64,000 nucleotides of DNA. It comes from Eledone cirrhosa. Lineage: Eukaryota. Every line of letters begins with the position of its first letter. Position 1 is the first letter of the stretch. Under the pieces are notes generated by a model. It did not search any database. It had not been told where the DNA came from and saw nothing but the letters and a program-made list of their open reading frames with translations. The DNA is taken from NCBI GenBank assembly GCA_964016885.1, contig OZ024741.1, positions 332,010,001 to 332,074,000 of the forward strand, read 5' to 3'. The translations under genes and the position numbers were made by a program. Of the stretch, positions 56,094 to 64,000 are shown in pieces.

Positions 56094-56734
56094 TATATAT
56101 ATATATATATATATAACCTATGCTAGCATGGAAGAACGGACGTAAAACGGTGATGATGATGATATATATATATATATATTAAAGAAAAGTTTCGTTTACA
56201 TGTATTTAGGTTTTTATTGTGTATCAACCTGTTATTAATATTTCACAGAGGATTGGCTCAAGGTCACCCATACAATTCATTATACATGAATATATATAAA
56301 TATATATCATAATATCTATTATCATCATAATTCATCATCATTTAACATCTATTTTTCCATGTTTGCATCGGTTAGATGTGTTGGCACATTATGAGTCAAA
56401 TCAAGTGGTCCATGTCTAGTTCATATGACATGCATTTTGGCTTGGTTTCTACAGATGGATGTCCTTCCTAACACTAATTACATTACAGTGTGGACTGGGT
56501 GCATTTTATTGTCACACCAAAATCCCCATCTAACAGGGTGGTTTTTGTCATGCCTCCAGCTCAACCACCATAAAGGGTGGACTGAATGCTTTTTCTCTTG
56601 TTATCGAATATTGTTATTTTCTCCATCTGAGCTTTCTACATCTTATAAATTTATTTTCTCGGCATTTTCATAAGTTCAAAAATTCAAGCTTCACACATGA
56701 CATTTGTTTACATATGTATATACATATACATATG

Positions 56735-56783
<49 letters not shown>

Positions 56784-57049
56784 TAAAACATGTCTATAGA
56801 ATCACAAGATAAAATATATACTATTTCCTCTCCCAATTAGCATAATTAACTATATAAAAAATCGAATAGACCAGGCTATACGAATGAGGCTTCTATGAAG
56901 GAATCTCCAACAAATAACCAAAACTAGCGCTTCGCGTCGGCCGTAGCGGAATATTTATCGAATATTTCGACAGCGTAATCGCCTAGATATAGTCAACTAA
57001 GCAGAATTAGGTTTAAAATAAACTAGGAGAAAATAGAATACATTTAAAT

Positions 57050-57137
57050 ACCTCTACCATGGTTTCGTCCGTGTTTTGAGTTTTCCAATAATTATGTAAT
57101 AATTATATAAACTCGAGCACCGGATTCTTCAGGAAGC
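57050..57137 (-). ncRNA. Type I hammerhead ribozyme, solitary
   Basis: GCUUC-CUGAAGA-A-UCCG...CGGA-C-GAAACC-AU-GGUA-GAGGU; palindromic helix III ACCAUGGU; long helix II. Confidence 0.75.
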
Positions 57138-57447
57138 TCACTCATATCTAGACATTAAATTTTCCAAAGCGATCGCGCCAAGAATTCATTTCAAAATGGC
57201 TAAAAATCGTGACGTAGTCGCGGTCAAGTTAGAAGGGGTGTGGTAGTTGCTTACGACTGGTGGATATATATATATATGTATATAAATAAATATATATACG
57301 TATATATATATATACATATACATACATATATATACATATACATACATATACATACATATAAATATACATAAATACTTATATACATACATATATACATACA
57401 TATATACATATATACATACATGTATATATACATACATATATACATAC

Positions 57448-59577
57448 ATCATCATCATCATCATCACTGTGTTACATCCGTTCTTCCATGCTAGCATGGG
57501 TTAGACGGGTTGTCCTGTTGTGGGCAGTGTCTGGTCGGCTGACCATGCCTTGTCATACGGGAACTGACTCTGGCTTGATTTCTACAGCTGGATGCCCTTC
57601 CTAACACCAACCTCATTTACAGTGAGTGCTGTGAGCTTTTTTCCGTGACGCCTACACGTTCACTTTAGAGTTTAGGCTGGGTGCTTTTTTACCATGGCAC
57701 CTCCACGACCACTTTGCAGTGGGAGGGTGTGGGAGCATATTGTCTATATGCTTCAGCTTGTACCCATGGGAGGTCGGGTACTCTGTATTACTGCGTGACG
57801 CCAGAGGTCACGGTCATGTGTCATCACCTTTGAGAGGTGTAATTGGGTAAGGTCGGCTTTTATCACCTCATCCCAGGTCCTCTTGGGTTTCCCCACTCCG
57901 TGGTTTCCAATGACTTCTAGTGCTCTGCACCTTTTTATGCAGCTGTCATCCTTCATATGCATCACATGTCCATACCAACACAACCGCCTCTCCTGCACAC
58001 AACATTTGATTCCTCTTATGCTCAGTCTCTCTCTCAATTCATTTATGCTTTGCCATTCACGTATATTACTATTACACATCCATCGGAGCATGCAGGCTTC
58101 GTTTCTTTCTAATCTACGCATGTCTTCCACAGACAGCGCCCAGGTCTCACTACCATGTAACATTGCTGTTCGTATATACACATCATACAGTTTGCCTTTC
58201 ATTTTGAGGGAAAAGCCTTTTGCAGCTAGCAGTGGCAGTAGCTCCCTGAACTTCTTCCATCCCGTTCTTACCCTAGTTATTGTACTTTCCGAACACCCAC
58301 CTCTGCTGCTCATTCAGTCACCTAGGTAGCAGAAGCTGTCTATTGTTTCTACAGAGCCCTCCCAGAGATTGGTGGTACTTGTTTCCTGTGGCTGTTTGCT
58401 GCTTGCTGTCCCAGCACAGCTGCTACATGTGAAGCCTACATTCTTAGTTAAGCTTCCTGAGATCCCGCTACATCTCTTGTGTACCCATTGTTTGCATTTG
58501 GGGTAGGGAATGGAGTTCCTACCTACACCTTTCCTACATACTGAGCAAGGCCATTTCTCTGAGCGGATCTGGGTTCTGTTTTCTCGTCTACTTACAAGGA
58601 CCTTAGTCTTTGTCAGGTTGACTTTGAGACCCTTTCTTTCGAGTCCCTGCTTCCAAGTTTGGAATTTCTTCTCTAGTTCTACCATAGATTCAGCTATAAG
58701 TGCGAGGTCATCTGCATACAGGAGTTCCCATGAGCATCTGGTCTTAAACTCCTCCGTTATTGCCAGCAGAACTATGATGAACAGGAGGGGCTAAGAACAG
58801 AGCCCTGGTAGACACCGACCTGTATGCTAAATTCCTCGCTATAGTCATTGCTAATCCTAACTTTGCTGACTGCTCCCCTATACATGGCTTGTACCGCTTT
58901 CACAAGCCATTCATCTACTCCTAGTTTTCTAAGAGCCCACCAGATTATAGCACGGGGGACTCTGTCGAAGGCTTTCTTGAGATCGATGAATGATAGTTTG
59001 AGCAGCTTACTTTCAGCTAGGTACTAACTGCCTCACAAGGAAGAGGGCATCAGTGGTGCCTCTTCCTGGCACAAACCCAAATTGCATCTCACCTAGTTTC
59101 ACCCGGTCCCTAATCAACTGTGCTATAACTCTTTCTGTTACTTTCATGACCTGGTCCATCAGCTTTATACCTCTATAGTTTCCTCTATCGAGTGCATCAC
59201 CTTTCCCTTTGTAGCAGTTGACAATGATGCTACTGCACCAATCCTTTGGTATGACACCCTCTAGTATTACCTGGTTAACAATACGTGTGGTTATAGTGTG
59301 ACCTACCGACCCAGATGCCTTCAGCATCTCGGCAGCTATACCCGATGGACCGGTTGGCTTCCCTGTCTTCATATCTTTGATTGCCTTACTATGCTGCTGC
59401 TGACTTGTACTGCTGGCCCTTCTATAAGGTCTACTTGGGGTAGGGTCTCTTCTTCCAATGCATTCTCCTCATTTATAATCTATCATAATGGCTCTTCTAC
59501 GCATCTTTCTTCTCAGCACTTGTGAGGGCAAGTTCACCTTTATCATTCCGGATACACTTCTCTCCAATGACATCACA
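57448..59577 (-). mobile_element. RTE LINE (5'-truncated, frameshifted); close relative of 34801-36617
   Basis: KTGKPTGPSGIAAEML, NYRGIKL, YADD region, Cys cluster, MLHGSETW, TRPPMGTS stop, same 3'-UTR. Confidence 0.93.
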
Positions 59578-59662
59578 TATATATATATATATACATATAT
59601 ATATACATACATATATACATATGTATATACATATGTATATGCATATGTATATATATATATGT

Positions 59663-59689
<27 letters not shown>

Positions 59690-59694
<5 letters not shown>

Positions 59695-60219
59695 TGTCAT
59701 TGGAGAGAAGTGTATCCGGAATGATAAAGGTGAACTTGCCCTCACAAGTGCTGAGAAGAAAGATGCGTAGAAGAGCCATTATGATAGATTATAAATGAGG
59801 AGAATGCATGGGAAGAAGAGACCCTACCCCAAGTAGACCTTATAGAGGGGCCAGCAGTACAAGTCAGTAGTAGCATAGTAAGGCAATCAAAGATATGAAG
59901 ACGGGGAAGCCAACCGGTCCATCGGATATAGCTGCCGAGATGCTGAAGGCATCTGGGTCGGTAGGTCACACCATAACCACACGTATTGTTAACCAGGTAA
60001 TACTAGAAGGTGTCATACCAAAGGATTGGTGCAGTAGCATCATTGTCAACTGCTACAAAGGTAAAGGTGATGCACTAGATAGAGGAAACTATAGAGGTAT
60101 AAAGCTGATGGACCTGGTCATGAAAGTAACAGAAAGAGTTATAGCACAGTTGATTAGGGACCGGGTGAAACTAGGTGTGATGCAATTTGGGTTTGTGCTA
60201 GGAAGAGGCACCACTGATG
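59690..60219 (+). mobile_element. Inverted duplicate of the RTE segment 59048-59577
   Basis: Reverse complement of the left arm with a few substitutions; same start point and same frameshift. Confidence 0.92.
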
Positions 60220-60289
<70 letters not shown>

Positions 60290-61608
60290 TACACACATTT
60301 GCTGAACACCTTCAAGAAATCCGGGTCGGGAACCTGACTCCGGTCTCCCTTCATCTTCAATCTACCAGCCACTCCACATGCCACCTCACTGTCTTCAGAC
60401 TTGCACATTGTACGGGACCCTCTGACGTAGAGAACAGCAACTTATATTTTCTTTACAAAACTTTCATCCCCTTAAACTTAATGCCTCACCTATCTTCCTT
60501 TAATCTGCTCTGCCATATACTCTCTAATGCACACTAAACATACTTCCTTTATCCTATGTCACAAACTCGTTAATACATATACACTTACATACAAATCACA
60601 GTTATCCCTTTAGCATTTAAATTACTCTCTATATACTATTGTATTTTTGTGGTAAAGGCTTTATCTTGCATAATTATCTCATGTAATATTGAATCTACAA
60701 GATTTTGTTATTTATTTTGAGAACAATACCTTAACATCAGTATGAGTGATAATTTATGGCTGGTTTGAACAGAAAGAGGTGAGAGAACTCTGGCTGGATA
60801 TGGCTGGTTTAAATGCCAAATGGTTAAATACTTTACATGTACACAATGTAAACTTCAAAATACATACACATGTTAAAATTTAATCATACACTCACGCATA
60901 CAAATCCACACATCTCATAGACATACGCTAACATTGCGAGATACTTTACACACACACAAAATTACTTCTATGCACATATACAGTACACACATTCAAACTT
61001 ACATTCACTCGCACATAAAAGTTGAGTACCACATACCACATGGATATACGAATAACACAGACAAACTTTGATACTTTACACAATAAACCTTTAAAAAACA
61101 TACACATACACTCACACATAATATCAAACTAATACACACACATTTCCCTTTGCATTCCAAAATCATTACCAAGACTACCTAATGGTTTGTCTTGTTTATT
61201 CTCTTTATTTTCGTTTTTTTCCTTGGACTACCTTTTATTTTCTGTATCTATCCTTAGTGATCCTTTCTCTATTTTTGTACTGAAGAAGGGCTAAAGCCCG
61301 ACACATTGAACTTTCTTTCCCCTCTTTTATATAAATCATGAAACTAATAAGATTTTTGTATCTCTGTTTTGTCATTTCATTGAATTATATATATAAACAG
61401 CTGTAGACACCAACCCCAAATCAGTTCTGTATTAGCAAAACATGATCACCTGACTTCACGTTGCCCACAACAGGACAACTCGTCTAACCCATGCCTGCAT
61501 GGAAAAATGAACGTAAAATGATGATGATGATGATGATGATATATAAACATACACACACACACATACTCACACACATATATATATATATATATATATCATC
61601 ATTATTAT

Positions 61609-62079
61609 CATCATCATCGTTTAACGTCCATCTTCCACGCTTGCATGGGTTTGGACGGGAGTTTTCCCACTTGAGGCAAGAGTGGTTGTCTTGCTCGCAT
61701 AGGACTGTCTGGCAGGTCTTCTACGGCTGGATGTTGTGGTACCAACATAACTTTACATTGAAAGGGGTGGTGTGGGTGGGGTGGGGTAGTGGGATGGGGG
61801 TGTATTTTGTTAGAGGTGCCTACTGATTGTAGTAGGTTTTACTTTGTATTTAGGTAAGGCGGGTCTTCTCTATTACTGAGTACCGCCAAAGATCTCGGTC
61901 CAGTGACATTGTCTTGGAGAGGTGTAAGTGTGTGAGGTCGGAATTTATCAAGTCGTCCCAGGTTTTTCTGGGTCTGCCTACTCCGTGGCTACTGTCTATT
62001 TTTATTGCCCTGCACTTTTTTATACAGCTGTCGTCTTTCATGCGCATCACGTGACCATACCAACGTAGCCTTCTCGCGA
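61609..62079 (-). mobile_element. RTE LINE 3' end with internally deleted 3'-UTR
   Basis: RRLRWYGHVMRMKDDSCIKKC...GRPRKTW...DRDLWR. Confidence 0.88.
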
Positions 62080-62317
62080 GTAAACAATATATATATATAT
62101 ATATACACAGTTCAAGAGTAACCAATCTTAAAGAGAGAGATGGAGATAGGTGAGGAGATAGGAGAGGAGAGATTGGTGAATTAGTTAGAAACCAAAGCGT
62201 AAAGGCATGTGCTCAATGTGCAATATGCAGTGGAAAGCACCTAGGTGGCTGGGTTCATGCAGAAGTTAGGCGCGCAGAGCTGGAAATATTCATTAGTTAA
62301 GCAAAACAAGACCACAA

Positions 62318-62615
62318 ATAACGGTCTCTCTATCACCATCGAGCCAAACCATAAAGTAGTAAACTTCCTAGACGTCACCCTGGATCTTAACAATAACCTA
62401 TATTATCCTTACCATAAACCAGGTGAAATACTTACATTATTAGCCCACACTCTAACCACCCACCGGCAGTCATCAGAGCAGTAATCAAATCTATCTCGTA
62501 TAGGATCTCCATGCTATCAGCAAATGTGGAGATATTTATAAACCATGCACCATATTATAATAAGGCTCTTTCTGAATCTGGTTATGAACAGTCCATTTAC
62601 TACATACCTAAATGC
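62318..62615 (+). mobile_element. Penelope-like element RT C-terminal/thumb fragment
   Basis: NGLSITIEPNHKVVNFLDVTLDL...YHKP, then after a frameshift SNHPPAVI...RISMLS...YNKALSESGY. Confidence 0.75.
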
Positions 62616-62719
62616 CATAAACAGCACTTCACCACAATAACCATAATAAACTTAACACTAGAACTAGAAATACCTTAGCATATAGCCAGATTCGCCGGAA
62701 TTTTAGCAGTTACAGCACT

Positions 62720-63150
62720 TATACATAAAAACTGCCACCAAATTAAAGCACAACCGGCCTGATATTGTTGTTTGGGACCACACATTGAAAATGTGTTCTG
62801 TTGTGGAGATCAGCTGCCCACTTGATGTAAACGTTGTCAGAAAAATACGGGAGAAGGAGGACATCTACGGACCATTGATGAGGAGTTTACAAATCCAGTA
62901 TCCAAGATACACCTTTAGCTTCATACCCATCATTATTGGAGCTACGGGTTATATACTAACCCGCTTGGACCAATGTATAACTGAACTTGGATTTGCGGAC
63001 AAAGAGCGCAGCTCCCTAATTCATAGTCTACAAATGGCTGTGATAGCTGGCACCTTCAAAATTTGCAAAACATTCTTGCGATTCAAAGGATGACAATTTC
63101 TTTTACAACCTTGCCACCAGGAAGGTGGCCGGTCAAAAATATACTCGAAA
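62720..63150 (+). mobile_element. Restriction-like endonuclease (REL) 3' end of an R4/Dong- or NeSL-type non-LTR element
   Basis: KHNRPDIVVWD...CSVVEISCP...EKEDIY...FIPIIIGATG: PD-(D/E)xK-type REL signature; stop at 63093. Confidence 0.75.
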
Positions 63151-63604
63151 TTACGAGAAAGAGATAAACATAAACATATATATATATAAACATATATATA
63201 TATATCAATTATATATATATATGAATCCTTGAAATGTCATAAAGGATTCTGCATGTGTGTGAATATGAATGGAGAGAAATGTGTATGTGTATATGTATGT
63301 AGGTGGTGGGGAGTTGAAACTCCAAGAAAGCTGAAGAAAAGAGGAAATAAAAGAAAAAGTAAACAACAAATTACAAAAAAAGAAAATTAAAATAATAAAA
63401 ACCACACTAAAGATAGAAATACAAGAATAAAATCTGCTGGGTTGCAGGGGGCGAGGTGGCAATGGCTGTAGTGGAAAAAATCTGCTGCAGGGAACTGACA
63501 ATTAATTTAAATAAATAAAAAAAAAGATTTTTTAATGTATTATTAAGCATACACACACATAAATATGTCTATAAATATGGGGGTGAATATATATGTATGT
63601 GTTT

Positions 63605-64000
63605 CATCATCATCGTTTAATGTACATTTTGCATGCTAGTATAGGTAGAATGTGTGCTGTCCTGTTGTGAGACATCCAGGTCGGAGAACTGTGTTTTGCT
63701 CACACAGAACTAATTTTGGCTTGGTTTCTATGGCTGTATGTCCTTCCTAATGCCAACCACATTTGCAGCATGTACTGGGTGCTTTTTTCGGTTGCACCTA
63801 CACGACCACTTTACAGTGTGGGCTGGGTGCTTTTGTCATGGCACCTACACAACAATTTTACAGTGTGGACTGCCTAATTTTTCTCGCAGTTCAGTTATGC
63901 TTTCCAATTTTCACAGGTCCTCTGCACACAGTGCCTAGGTCTCACTACCTTTCATTTTTGGGGAAAAAACTTTTTTTAGTGAGCAGTGGTAGTAACTCTC
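63605..64000 (-). mobile_element. Decayed RTE/SINE 3' fragment, runs off the window
   Basis: Tail and 3'-UTR modules plus the 'ggtctcactac' (GSET) remnant. Confidence 0.6.

Overview
Eukaryotic, AT-rich, microsatellite-dense genomic DNA, very probably from an octopus (inferred from the protocadherin type and the RTE/SINE repertoire). The only host coding sequence I can support is one large exon of a 6-cadherin-repeat protocadherin (ATG 1248 to splice donor after 3641). I could not identify a downstream exon, so the remaining ~60 kb is either a giant intron or intergenic DNA. It is packed with RTE, CR1, Tx1/L1-like, REL-type and Penelope-like (PLE) retroelement fragments, tRNA-derived SINEs, MITEs, (TA)n tracts, a 3.6-kb (GTG)n satellite and a 117-bp minisatellite. 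The main unexplained signal is a dense set of type I hammerhead ribozymes (about 9 with a complete core, plus about 10 degenerate or truncated). They belong to several sequence-unrelated small elements that sit in (TA)n tracts. Many are arranged as fold-back inverted repeats and several share a downstream TGAGTRC motif. Complete ribozymes on the protocadherin sense strand occur only inside fold-backs. All structures were folded by eye; nothing was computed or searched.
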